Source of the DNA: Eledone cirrhosa | Taxonomy: Eukaryota | Assembly: GCA_964016885.1 (NCBI GenBank) | Contig: OZ024760.1 | Span: forward strand, 27,838,001-27,902,000 | Reading direction: 5' to 3' | DNA length: 64,000 nucleotides | Part shown: one piece after another, positions 39,222 through 53,523 of the stretch | Layout: each line of letters begins with the position of its first letter | How positions within the stretch are numbered: the stretch's first letter is position 1 | The notes under the pieces: model-generated | Told to the model about the DNA's origin: nothing | Database searches by the model: none | The model's input: only the letters and a program-made list of their open reading frames with translations | Position numbers and translations under genes: made by a program

Positions 39222-41118
39222 AACGCCGATGAATTAGTTAGGAAAAATGTGTGGAGATGATCATTGAGAGTGAGGTGGAGTTCTGCGACGTCGACACAGA
39301 CGAACTGGGCCTCCTACTTAGACTTACCTACGACACTGACTACCTAGACAGCCATGACCTTACACGTTTCTGCCCCAGTAGACCCATAAGAGGTAGACCC
39401 CCCCACCATAACCTCAATGGCAAAAAAGACTCCCATGGGTAGGTGGATTGGGTGGACCAAAGCTATACGGACCCCCCAAAACAACGACCAGGTAAGAAAA
39501 ATGGTTGCACATGCAATAGGGGCTAGTATCAAAACTACCCTAAAGGGCCACATATTCAAATTCAACAAGAAGATTTACACCCAAAATGAGGGAGCAGCCA
39601 TTGGCGTCAGTATAGCTTGTGACGTTGCCAACCTTTTTATGGTATGGTGGGAAAGGAGACTCAAAGATCTCCTTGATGAGAGCTCCATAGACCTCATCAT
39701 GTACTCTCGTTACGTAGATGACATTAATATAGTTATAAGAACATCCCCACTAGAGAGCACTAACAAGTTTGATTTAGAACGTAGCACAATGGAAAGCATC
39801 CAGCAAGATAGCTAATTCCATACACCAGAGTATAACTGTAACTATCGACTACCCTTCCAAACAGCCTAACAATAGACTACCTGTATTAGATACGGAACTC
39901 TGGATTAACACTATAGACGAGAGAGCCCAAATTCTCCACTCACACTATGCTAAACCCATGGCCTCCAAATACCTGATATTCAAAACTCAGCAATGTCCAG
40001 TAGTGCTAAGTTTAATATTCTGATCGCAGACTTGGTACGAGTGATGAAGAATGTGTCCCGCATGTGCGTCCCAACAGAAATGGAAAGACACATCGAACAC
40101 TTCATCAACCGCATGCAGTTCTCTGGCTACAACCAAAGAGACAGAGTCAGAGTATACGAAGGAGCCACGGAGAAGTATAAGACCCTCATAGAACTGGACA
40201 TGAAAGGAATTTGCCCATTATACAGGAGCAAATCATGGAATAGCTTAGATAGGACTAGACATAAGATATAGGGAGAGCTACCTCATGGTACGACAACCAG
40301 AGATACCAGAGTGTCATGTTTGTGGACGCTACCCTTGGAGGGAAATTAGCTAACCAGTGTAGAGAGGCCCTGAGAAAGACCCACTTAAAGATTAAGGTGG
40401 TAGAAAAGCCAGGAACCACTATAAAATCCCTGATCAGCAAAACCTACCCTTTTAAGAAAACCTACTGTACTAATAGGAAATGTATCATATGTAAAGTAGA
40501 ATAATATCTAAACATAGAAATGACCCAGCAGATAGGCAAATCAGAGAGGCCAGCAAAATAGAACTTGTAAGGCCAAGGCTAAACAGAAAAAAATGAATGG
40601 AATAACACCCAAACAAACAACACTGACCTAAGAGAAGTATAAATAAATAAATAAATAAATACATACACAAGCACAATAACAACAAACACATATAAACACA
40701 CACTAATAAACTAAGATAGAATACAATAACCAATACACAGTCACCCAAACACGAACACACATCAAACAAAACACTATACACACACACAAACGCATGCGCA
40801 GAGAAGACAAAAAATAAACAAATAAATAAATAAATAAATAAACAGACTAAATAAAGATGGCGTAGAAAATACAATGTAACGGGAGGAAACATAATAACAC
40901 CACTGACGATGTTGCAGATGTGCAACGAAAGAACTGTGTTAGACTATATTGTATCTGTATTTTTGACCGTTGGTCAATCAATGGTAACATTGAGGACCGA
41001 ATAAATTAAATTAACTGATATAAAAGACACAGAAGCGAAAACCAACCAAACAGTGAGTGTGTTCTGTTATTAATTCTGGCAATATTATTACACAAATATG
41101 ACCCTCCCCAAGTATATC
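39222..41118 (+). mobile_element. Decayed Penelope-like element (RT, thumb, partial linker) with a hammerhead-bearing 3' tail
   Basis: QNEGAAIGV..YSRYVDDINI..RLPVLD..HYAKPMAS..RMQFSGY..PLYRSK; frameshifts; (TA)n flanks. Confidence 0.8.
40896..40940 (+). ncRNA. Hammerhead motif in the PLE 3' tail, cleavage site apparently damaged
   Basis: aacacca-CTGACGA-t[gttgca gatg tgcaac]-GAAA-gaac-Tgtgtt. Confidence 0.55.
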
Positions 41119-41212
41119 AATATATATATACATATATATATGTATGTATGTACACATATATATATTTATATATATATATATATACATATATATATGTATG
41201 TATGTACACACA

Positions 41213-41252
<40 letters not shown>

Positions 41253-41295
41253 TATATGTATGTATGTACACACATATATTTATATATATATATAT

Positions 41296-41426
<131 letters not shown>

Positions 41427-42233
41427 CATATATATACATCATCATCATCAACATCATCACCGTTTTACGTCCGTTCTTCCACGCTAGCATGGGTTAGACG
41501 GGTTGTCCTGTTGTGGGCAGTGTCTGGTCGGCTGACCATGCCTTGCTCATACAGGAACTGATCTGGCTTGATTTCTACAGCTGGATGCCCTTCCTAACAC
41601 CAACCTTATTTACAGTGAGTGCTGGGTGCTTTTTCGTGGCGCCTACACGTCCACTTTACAGTGTGGGCTGGGTGCTTTTTTGCCGTGGCACCTCCACGAC
41701 CACCTTGCGGTGGGGGGGGGGGGGGGCATATTGTTTATATGCTTCAGCATGTACCCATGGGAGGTCGGGTACCCTGTATTACTGCGTGACGCCAGAAGTC
41801 GCGGTCGTGTGTCATTGACTTTGAGAGGTGTAGTTGGGTAAGGTCGGCTTTTATCACCTCATCCCAAGTCATCTTGGGTCTCCCCACTCCGCGGTTTCCA
41901 TCAACTTCTAGTGCTCTGCACCTTTTTATGCAGCTGTCATCCTTCATACGCATCACATGTCCATACCAGCGTAACCGCCTCTCCTGCACGCAGCATTTGA
42001 TTCCTCTTATGCTCAGTCTCTCTCTCAATTCCTTTATGCTTTGTCGTTCACGTATATTACTGTTACACATCCATCGGAGCATGCAGGCTTCGTTTCTCTC
42101 TAATCTACGTAAGTCTTCCACCTTCAGCGCCCAGGTCTCACTACCATGCAACATCGCTGTTCGGATACACGCATCATACAGTCTGCCTTTCATTCTGAGG
42201 GAGAAGCCTTTTGCAGCTAGCAGTGGTATATAC

Positions 42234-42287
<54 letters not shown>

Positions 42288-43111
42288 GTACATACATATA
42301 TATATATATATGTACATACATATATATATATGTACATACATATATATATATATTTATATATATATATATAGTAGAATAATCGAGTATTGAAAAATCGGCG
42401 CACGAGTTCACGATAAACAAAATTCGAGATGAGCGGCAGAGGGCTCTATAATTCAAATAAATTAGAGCTATAACTATCGTTAAATACCGTCACACGTAGA
42501 ATATGTCTACAATCAACCAAATAACCGATCAGTTCGATATGGAAGATTCGGGACACTCAGATAAATTATCAATAAATCAATAAATGAAATGAATGTAAAA
42601 TGCATACCCGGACCCACTAGAGAGATGGAATATCTAGCTTCTTGGGTTTCTGTAAATCCTTAAACCGCCATCTATCAGCTCATATAAAAATATAAGACTT
42701 ACAGACGGCGGGGGACTGGAGTTACTTCATCAACGAGCTTCGTCCGAATGGATGGAAAGACAAGACCCAGGCTAAAAATACGCACATGGATTTCAGCAAG
42801 GGAGATAACCTTTATATCCGCAAAAATATTCGGAAAAGTGTGGCAAAAACACATATCGAATAAGAGTGCTCAATAGACATGTTAAAATAAACAGGGGCTA
42901 TTCATCATTTATATATATTTATATATATACATATATATACATATATATACATATATATACATATATATATGTATGTATGTACACACACACACACACATAT
43001 ATATCTATATATATCTATATATATATATCTATCTATCTATCTATCTATCTATCTGTCCCCTTCTTTTGTGCCCCTGTGGCTAATAAAGAAATATATCTAT
43101 CTATCTATCTA

Positions 43112-43192
<81 letters not shown>

Positions 43193-43237
43193 GAAGTAAG
43201 GTTCTACACAAAACAGAGTATAGAGAGAAAAAGAAGA

Positions 43238-43534
43238 ATTGGAAACAGCTCGGAAAATATATTTAAAGAATTTAAAGAATCTGTTTTTCTTTTTTCTTTT
43301 TTGATCTGTCAAAGTGACATTATTGAAAAAGTGAGAGGAACAATAAAAAAAAAAAATGAGTTTTATAACGTATATAAAACCGGTTATATTTTATATATTT
43401 TATATACGTTATAAAACTCCTTTTTTAAAAAAAATTGTTACCCTCACTTTTTCAATAATGTCACTTTGACAGATCAAAGAAGAAAAAAGAAAAACATTCT
43501 TTAAATTCTTTAAATATATTTTTCGTGCTGTATC

Positions 43535-43539
<5 letters not shown>
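43238..43539. repeat. Inverted repeat, arms ~43238-43378 and ~43399-43539; same family as 25975-26110
   Basis: gatctgtcaaagtgacattattgaaaaagtgag is mirrored by ctcactttttcaataatgtcactttgacagatc. Confidence 0.85.
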
Positions 43540-43605
<66 letters not shown>

Positions 43606-43720
43606 TTATATATATATATATGTGTGTGTGTATGTAAACGGTAAACAGAAATAACAACATAATCGGTACAGTATATGGAAGGGATATATTAGTTTAACGC
43701 TTGAAATAGCAGGAAGAGGG

Positions 43721-43756
43721 TCTTGACGTTTCGGACGCTAGTCCTTCATCAGAAGA
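43721..43756 (-). ncRNA. Minimal hammerhead, family C, intact
   Basis: Reverse strand: tctt-CTGATGA-a[ggac tagc gtcc]-GAAA-cg-TC-aaga. Confidence 0.82.
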
Positions 43757-43962
43757 AAGAATGAGAAATTAGAAAGAGCGAGGGAGAGATAGATAGATAG
43801 ATAGAGAGAGAATGGGGAGGGACAGTTCAATATATGTATATGCATATGCAAACACTAAACAACAACCCTTGAATTATTCAAATCTCCCTAACACCAATCA
43901 CATCTAATGAATATTTTCTTTCTTTCTTTTTAAAATCATTGTAATATCGATGACAACAACAG

Positions 43963-44202
43963 GAAACTATATCAACCAATATGACAAGAAACCAGGCAAG
44001 TCAATGGTAATCAAGGGAGATAAATCCGTCGATGCTGACAACGAACATGATTGTGCTAAGCACTGTTCCTTAAATAAAGATTTCCTGTGTGAGGCCTTTG
44101 AATATTGTCCTAACTTACAGGAATGTACCCTGAATAAAATACATCTAATGGACATTCCTGATGACCAGATCTCTTTTGTTCCCGACTGTGACATCTTTTC
44201 AC
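43963..44202 (+). CDS. Exon F, PAN/apple-like domain 2
   Basis: acaacag acceptor (pyrimidine tract 30-50 nt upstream, no intervening AG), C|gtaagt donor, 240 nt, phase 1-1; HDCAKHC..LCEAFEYC..ECTL..DCDIF. Confidence 0.92.
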
Positions 44203-44421
44203 GTAAGTCTGGAAAAAGATCTCATCTGTGACAGTAATTATAACATCTGTATGTATGTATCTATGTGTGTATTTGTGTGTGTGTGTGTGTGTTTGTGTGT
44301 GTTTGTTTGTGTGTGTGTGTGTGTGCATGTGTATGAATGTATGCATGTATATATATGTGTGTATCAGTGTGTATGTTATGGTATGTTTGAATGTATATAT
44401 ATATACACACACACAGATACA

Positions 44422-44498
<77 letters not shown>

Positions 44499-44542
44499 AA
44501 GAAGTGTAAGTCAACAGGTTAAAATTAACTTCGTTTATTCAT

Positions 44543-44705
44543 ATTCGCTGTTATATATATTTCGGTGACAACCATTATACAAGATAGCTAGAATTTGAAC
44601 AGAAGAGGAAAATGCGAAGTTGGAGAAGTTAGAGTCTTTTATCAATTGAGTCGTTATACATATTTCCATGATGATAGATATCATGATATCCTCAGACAGC
44701 AAAAT
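44543..44705 (-). ncRNA. Candidate cross-paired (split) double hammerhead
   Basis: One CTGAGGA core and two GAAA-stem III-TA modules; stem I pairs with the distal module (see findings). Confidence 0.55.
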
Positions 44706-44761
44706 TGGGTAAAAGGTAGCATTTAGAGTGCTTGAAGTGAAGTACATCCTTGTATACCGAA

Positions 44762-44821
<60 letters not shown>

Positions 44822-44934
44822 TTTAAAAAATCAGCCAGTCTGCCAATATGTAAATCAGGCTGATCAGTCACTGTATATTTTAGAAAATAGCATATATTTT
44901 CACTAGCTCTGACAGTTGCAGGTGAACAGTGAGC

Positions 44935-44970
44935 TGTACTGATGAAGGGTGATACCCAGAAACGTTAGTG
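44935..44970 (+). ncRNA. Minimal hammerhead motif with weak stem I; the tail of this element recurs as palindrome 63075-63315
   Basis: CTGATGA-a[gggt gat accc]a-GAAA-cg-TT. Confidence 0.55.
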
Positions 44971-45104
44971 TCTGAAGTCCTGTTTGCATGCCAACAGAAG
45001 AGCAAGAATTAAGGGTTCATTCTTCTGACATGGCTATAAAAATGAGGCTTGTTTGCATAATTGCAAACGAATCGAATGTTATTATTAATATTCGATAAAC
45101 TCAG

Positions 45105-45154
<50 letters not shown>

Positions 45155-45385
45155 CACACACGGACACAAGGATGACATATGTTGATGCCCTAAGGACAGA
45201 CACTTGTCTCTGGGAGACGCAGGACATGGCATCGATGATGATGGACAGAGACCGCTGGAGAGAACTCGTCCATGGAACTCATGAATTTTACCAGCCTTAC
45301 ACACACACACACACACACACATATGAATATAGTTACATAAACAAGTATAGAAATATATCTATCTTTATATTAATTTCTGTTGCAG

Positions 45386-45625
45386 GTAAATTCATCTATG
45401 AATTCCAAGTGACGAAACACCACTCAGTAAAAATGGTTAACAATGAGGTTCTGAGCGGTTTAAGTTTGGATCAATGTGCCAAAGCTTGTATGGAGATGGA
45501 AGAATATAACTGCGAAAGTTTTGATTATTGCGGAAATACGACAGAATGTCGTCTGGTTTACAAAGACGTTCTAAAGAGAGGAGAAGTATCGTTTGAGAAA
45601 TCAGCTTTTTGTGACCATTATCTCC
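45386..45625 (+). CDS. Exon G, PAN/apple-like domain 3
   Basis: tctgttgcag acceptor, C|gtaagt donor, 240 nt, phase 1-1; DQCAKAC..NCESFDYC..ECRL..FCDHY. Confidence 0.92.
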
Positions 45626-45659
45626 GTAAGTATTATATAACACACTGCATTTGATAGAT

Positions 45660-46258
45660 AAAGGTGCCGAATTGGTAGAACGTTAGATAGAACGGTTTGG
45701 TAGGGTGGTTAGAACGTCAGATAGAATGGTTTGGTAGAGTGGTTAGAACAACAGATAGAATGGTAGAGTGGTTAGAACGTCAGATAGAATGGTTTGGTAG
45801 AGTCGTTAGAACAACAGATAGTAAGGTAAAGTGGTTAGAACATCAGGTAGAATGGTTTGGTAGAGTCGTTAGAACAACAGATAGAATGGTTTGTTAGAAC
45901 AACAGATAGAATGGTAGAGTGGTTAGAACGTCAGATAGAATGGTTTGGTAGAGTCGTTAGAACAACAGATAGAATGGTAGAGTCGTTAGAACGTCAGATA
46001 GAATGGTTTGGTAGAGTCGTTAGAACAACAGATAGAATGGTTTGGTAGAGTTGTTAGAACGTCAGATAGAATGGTTTGGTAGAGTCGTTAGAACAACAGA
46101 TAGAATGGTAGAGTGGTTAGAATGTCAGATAGAATGGTTTGGTAGAGTCGTTAGAACAACAGATAGAATGGTTTGGTAGAGTTGTTAGAACGTCAGATAG
46201 AATGGTTTGGTAGAGTCGTTAGAACGTCAAAATGGTTTGGTAGAGTCATCTGAACATC
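45660..46258 (+). repeat. 29/34-bp minisatellite (GGTAGAGTCGTTAGAACGTCAGATAGAATGGTTT)n
   Basis: Alternating acgtc/acaac variants; starts with a SINE-head-like aaggtgccgaattggtagaacgttag. Confidence 0.88.
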
Positions 46259-46354
46259 AGGATCTAAACTAGATATAGGATATCTCTGATATACAGGGTC
46301 CATAACTGTTGCTTAAGTCACTTATGATTGAACTAGCAGAAAAACCACCATTCG

Positions 46355-47710
46355 GGTGGTTTTCTGCCAGTGTGTGTAGTGTGTATATTGATATTATACG
46401 CAAATATACATGCATTTAGATATGATACGTCAAATAAAATCGTAATTGACAATATGTACAGAAATTGAAGAGAGACTGTGTTACACTGTCTTCTGTAATC
46501 AGTAAAGTAATCCATGATACATTTAAAAAAAGACGATATTATATATAAACTGCATTACGGTGAAAATTAGCGATGGATATATAAACGTTATATAACGATG
46601 TAAATATATGAACATTTACATAAGCGATGTAATAAGTGTTATAATATAACAGATGCGAACCGGAAGTGTTGACATTTGAAAACTTTAATAGAAGTGAATT
46701 TTGAAATAAGCAATAAAATTATTTATATTTAATCAAGAGTTACGAAATTTAGTAGATAAATTATGTAATATTCATTCATTATTTATTCAAAGGGCGGTGG
46801 ATTGGCAGTATCGGTAGAGGGTCGGACGCCATGCTTTGTAGCATAGAGTTACGGCCCTTGATGATTTGAGTTCAAATCCCGCCGAGGTTAACTTTGCCTT
46901 TCTTCATTATGGGGTCGATAAAATAAAGTACCAGTCACGTACTGGAGTCCATTTAATCGACTTTCCCCTTTCCCAAAATTGCTGGCCTTGTGCCTATACT
47001 AGAAATCATTATTTATTCAAAGAAATCCAACTTATTTTACAAACGGGATAAAAAAAAATAATTAAGACATAGTCCCGTACTCCTCCTCCCTTGTGGTTTT
47101 CTGCCAGCATCTGTAGTGTGTATATTGATATTATACGCAAGTATATATACATGTAGATATGATACGTCAAATAAAATCGTAATTGACAATATATAATACA
47201 TAGAAATCGAACGAAGACTGCGTTACACTGTCTTATGTAATCAGTAAAGTAATCCATGATACATTAACAAAAGACGATATTATATATAAACTGCATTAGG
47301 ATAAAATTAGTGACAGAAAATTAGTATGTTTATTTAAGCGATGGCTAACCGGAAGTGTTGACATTTCAGAAGTTTTAAAGAAGTGTATCTGTAAATAAAC
47401 AAAATATATTTAATCAACAGCCACGAAATTTAGTAGATAAATTATGTAATATCCATTCATTATTTATTCAAAGCAAGGTGTATTGGCAGTATCGGTAGAG
47501 GGTCAGACGCCGTGCTTTGCAGCAAAGAGTTACGGCCCTTTATGGTCTGAGTTCAAATCCCGCCGAGGTTAACTTTGCCTTTCATCCCTACGGGGTCGAT
47601 AAAATAAAGTATCAGTAATTCACTGGGATAATTTCTGGCCTTGTGCCAAAACTAGAAACAATTATTTATTCAAAGCAATCCAACTTATTTTACTAATGGG
47701 ATAAAAAAAA
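46355..47710. repeat. Diverged tandem duplication of a ~740-bp block (Helitron-like remnant plus SINE)
   Basis: 46355-47060 parallels 47092-47710 (gtggttttctgccag...ccggaagtgttgacatt...SINE...atccaacttattttac). Confidence 0.8.
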
Positions 47711-47805
47711 TTATAAACCGTACGCAGTCCCTCACTTCTTACTTTATTATAGTTTAGATTTAAATTTTCTTAAAATCTCAAATTGTTGCTTATTTGCCAA
47801 AACAG

Positions 47806-47862
47806 GGATTCCCGGAACATATTATCAGAGCTCCGCAGACACTGGGAACATTTACAAGAAAG
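47806..47862 (+). CDS. Exon H, juxtamembrane linker ([19 protein letters not shown])
   Basis: caaaacag acceptor, G|gtaaag donor, 57 nt, phase 1-1, open. Confidence 0.7.
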
Positions 47863-47887
47863 GTAAAGCACATTCTGTCTTTAATGG

Positions 47888-47946
<59 letters not shown>

Positions 47947-48433
47947 TATGTGTGTGTGTGTTTGTGTGTCTATGTGTGTGTGAGTGTATGTGTGTGTGTG
48001 TCTATGTGTGTGTGTGTCTATGTGTGTATGTGTGCGTGTGTGTCTATCTGTGTGTGTGTCTGTGTGTGTGTGTCTGTGTGTGTATGTGTCTATGTGTGTG
48101 TGTTTGTATGTATGTGTATGTGTCTATGTATGTGTGTGTATGTATGAGTGTGCGTCTATGTGTGTCTGTGTGTGTATGTGTGTGTGTGTCTGTGTGTATC
48201 TGTGTGCGTCTATGTGTGTGTATGTGTGTGTAGAACCTCCGTCGGTTACGATGATGACTGTTCCAGTTTTTAGACCAACAACAATTTGTTCAGCAAATTA
48301 GCTGCAAGTGAACAAACATTCCACTGACACGTGTACACAGATTCACACAATATATATACACACACACACACACATATATATCATGTATATATATACGTAC
48401 ATATATATATATATATAGTTATGTAATAAACAA

Positions 48434-48577
48434 CATAAGATAATTAATTCCAATGGTTTCTTGAAGAGCTTGACACTTATGTCTGTCTTCATTCATCAGA
48501 AAAAAATTTGAATGAAGACAGACATAAGTGTCAAGCTCTTCAAGACACCATTAGTAAATTAATTAATTATCTTATGA
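48434..48577. repeat. Palindrome carrying a hammerhead relic of the 59222 family
   Basis: Reverse strand CTGATGA-atgaaga..tcttcaa-GAAA-ccattgg; apex at ~48503, directly 5' of the core. Confidence 0.75.
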
Positions 48578-48946
48578 AGTTTATTACATAACTAAAAAGC
48601 TCTGTAGCCTACATAGAGCACTCTCTTTTCCTTTACCTTTCCTGCGGAAATATTTCATTTTATATATATATATATCAAGTAAGTATGTTTTGAAACAGTG
48701 AGCAGGTTTGAAATTAGAAAATAGAATAGCTTTCACCGTATTTTTGACTAAAGGAATTTTAGTCTGATAATGGGGTTGAGAACCCTCAGATAAATGGAAA
48801 AAGATGAGTATTGACGTACATGGGAGTCGAACCCACATCTTTGGTTATCGCGACCACTGTGCTACCATTGGTGTAATGGTAACACAGTGGTTTAAAACTG
48901 CACTATTCACAAGTGTTTTGTAACCTTCATTCATATCATGTCTTCC

Positions 48947-49017
48947 TATTTTATCTGATGAAAACACAAATGTTATTGCATGATGATATTTGTTTTTGAA
49001 ATGCACATAATAAAATA
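48947..49017 (+). ncRNA. Hammerhead motif, family A
   Basis: tattttat-CTGATGA-...-GAAA-tgcaca-TA-ataaaata. Confidence 0.72.
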
Positions 49018-49140
49018 CATGGAACTCTTTTAACCATCTTTTGATCTTATATATTATGTATACTCCAGTCCTACAAACTGTAGAGTGCTTCTTATACGAT
49101 ATCTGCATTGCTTTATTGTACTACAATAAAACTCACCTCC

Positions 49141-49217
<77 letters not shown>

Positions 49218-49666
49218 TCACTTCAGCTTGCTGTCACTCCCGTTGCTCTAGGTCTTGTCCTTTCTAGCTGTGACTTGGTTCCCAATGGACACTTCCTACT
49301 TCTCTTTCCCTGATATATCTATCTGTCTATCTAATTTTCTCGTTTTATCAAGCATGCGTCATATAAACAGAAATATGTATCTTCCGTTGCATTAGCCACC
49401 AATTATGTGTAGTCCCCTCTTATTTAAATCGTTCGAAACTACATTTCGGTACGAGGGCTGATGACGTAAATGATGTTTGTGTGTTTTTGTCTCGTTCCTT
49501 CTCATTTTCTCCATTTTCTTCCTTTGCTCCTCTCTCCCTATCATCTCTCTGGGCCAACATTCCTCTAGATGTTTATTCTTGTCCTTTGCGGTAGAATCTT
49601 ACTCGACGCCATCATTGACGGCATTTTGTTGTTTTGGCAGCTATCCTTCTATTGAGTTTTTCTCAT

Positions 49667-50021
<355 letters not shown>

Positions 50022-50062
50022 CATATATATATATATACATATATATACATATATATATATAC

Positions 50063-50117
<55 letters not shown>

Positions 50118-50132
50118 CATATATATATATAC

Positions 50133-50233
<101 letters not shown>

Positions 50234-50234
50234 C

Positions 50235-50575
<341 letters not shown>

Positions 50576-50576
50576 C

Positions 50577-50633
<57 letters not shown>

Positions 50634-50648
50634 CATATATATATATAC

Positions 50649-50709
<61 letters not shown>

Positions 50710-50744
50710 CATACATATATATATATACATATATATATATACAT

Positions 50745-50784
<40 letters not shown>

Positions 50785-50999
50785 TAAATAAATAATGAAC
50801 AAACAATTCCTTATATTAAACAAAAAAAAAAAAAAAAAAAAAAAAAAAGTTCACTATTTAACGATCGTTTCTAGGGTATATATGTGTTATAATTGGTATG
50901 CATATTCAACAGATCTATGTACAAAATTATACAAAATTATACAAATTATCAAGATTAAATATACATACCTAACACATATATACGCCGTCTTCAGAAATA

Positions 51000-51142
51000 A
51001 TTTCTGAAGACGGCGTATATATGTGTTAGGTATGTATATTTAATCTTGATAATTTGTATAATTTTGTATAATTTTGTACATAGATCTGTTGAATATGCAT
51101 ACCAATTATAACACATATATACCCTAGAAACGATCGTTAAAT
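51000..51142 (+). ncRNA. Hammerhead with ~115-nt stem II domain; mirror copy ~50856-50997 in palindrome 50778-51201
   Basis: attt-CTGAAGA-cggcgtatatatgtgtta...taacacatatataccct a-GAAA-cgatcg-TT-aaat; stem III AACGATCGTT is palindromic. Confidence 0.72.
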
Positions 51143-51336
51143 AGTGAACTTTTTTTGTTTAATATAAGGAATTGTTTGTTCATTATTTATTTAATATTTT
51201 ATCTTGACTCTGTATACCGTTTATCTTTCACCGAAAGTGCATTTTCATTACATCTCTTCTTTCCATGATATCCGGAATACATTGAGTTCTTCATACGGAT
51301 TGGACACTACCGTAAACTCTTGGTAGATTTATCTAC

Positions 51337-51943
<607 letters not shown>

Positions 51944-52025
51944 TATATATATATATATATAATCCGTGACCCGTAGTCAACTGACGAAGGGAAACTGTTC
52001 ATCTCTTGTTTGTATCCCCTTACCT

Positions 52026-52118
<93 letters not shown>

Positions 52119-52201
52119 ATCTATATATATATCTATATATATATATCTATATATATATATATCTATATATATATATATATATCTATATATATATATATAT
52201 A

Positions 52202-52244
<43 letters not shown>

Positions 52245-52255
52245 ATATATATATA

Positions 52256-52373
<118 letters not shown>

Positions 52374-52426
52374 TGTGAGTTTTATCTCGTTAATTTTATT
52401 ACATTATCATTATTTTTATATTTCAG

Positions 52427-52530
52427 CCGATTTCCTCAAGGTGGGTTTCATCCTCCTATTCTGTGGTATTATGGTCGGTGTGGTGGCCATGTACATATAC
52501 ATTCGTCGCAAGAAGAAAATTGGTTTGTAA
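52427..52530 (+). CDS. Terminal exon I: transmembrane helix and short basic tail ([34 protein letters not shown])
   Basis: tatttcag acceptor, phase 1; ~21 hydrophobic residues then RRKKK; TAA at 52528-52530. Confidence 0.88.
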
Positions 52531-52689
52531 GAAAGAATGAGGGGTCTTTTGAAAATATTCTTAGATGATTTTTGAAGATTTTAAAAACCCTTCTGTCTTT
52601 CTTGCGCCTCTGATGGTGAACAATTAGGTTTACTGAAATACAAACGATTGACACCCATTGCCATATATGGTAATACTGAATGTATCTTA

Positions 52690-52695
52690 AATAAA
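52690..52695 (+). terminator. Candidate polyadenylation signal AATAAA
   Basis: First AATAAA after the stop (~160 nt); common by chance in AT-rich DNA. Confidence 0.35.
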
Positions 52696-52697
52696 AT

Positions 52698-52839
<142 letters not shown>

Positions 52840-52965
52840 CATATATAAATATACATATATATTTGCAAGAGATGTCAACATGAATGGACCTGTTATTTTT
52901 ATCTAAAGACATTTTTTCCAATTCCATCCCACCCGTCCCCTCAATCTATCTTATTTCTCATTTTT

Positions 52966-53001
52966 TCTTCTGATGAAGGACCAGCGTCCGAAACGTCAAG
53001 A
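52966..53001 (+). ncRNA. Minimal hammerhead, family C, intact
   Basis: tctt-CTGATGA-a[ggac cagc gtcc]-GAAA-cg-TC-aaga; GUC cleavage triplet. Confidence 0.82.
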
Positions 53002-53085
53002 CCTTCTTCCTGCTATATCAAGCGTTAACCTAATATATTCCTTCCATATACTGTACCGATTGTGTTGTTATTTCTGTTTACCTTT

Positions 53086-53138
<53 letters not shown>

Positions 53139-53450
53139 GTATATATATATATACATACACACCAAACTGTTAATACAAATATTTATCCTCCACGCGAAGT
53201 GTTGATAGCCTTTTTCTTTCGTTTATATATATATATATATGTATATATAGGAAAAAGTACGACCCCAACGGCTGAGCTCAAGTCGTTTCGACGGCTAATT
53301 CTGGACAGAATTAGCCATCGAATTAGCCGTCGAAACGGCTTGAGCTCAGCCGTCGGGGTCTTACTTGTTCCTATTACCCACTCTACTACCCTAAGTATTG
53401 AGTACTTTGGTGCGTTATGGTCCATCTGGTTCCTTACCACATTTCCTTCG

Positions 53451-53523
<73 letters not shown>

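Noticed and set aside
42370-42895. Possible GIY-YIG remnant (SYFINELRP)
   Set aside because: Too degraded to call by eye; needs blastx.
49430-49470. GAAA...CTGATGA as a type II hammerhead
   Set aside because: No convincing stem I or stem II pairing.
51975-52000. CTGACGA-agg-GAAA-ctg-TT minimal motif
   Set aside because: No stem II and no stem I complementarity in this copy; cannot be supported alone.
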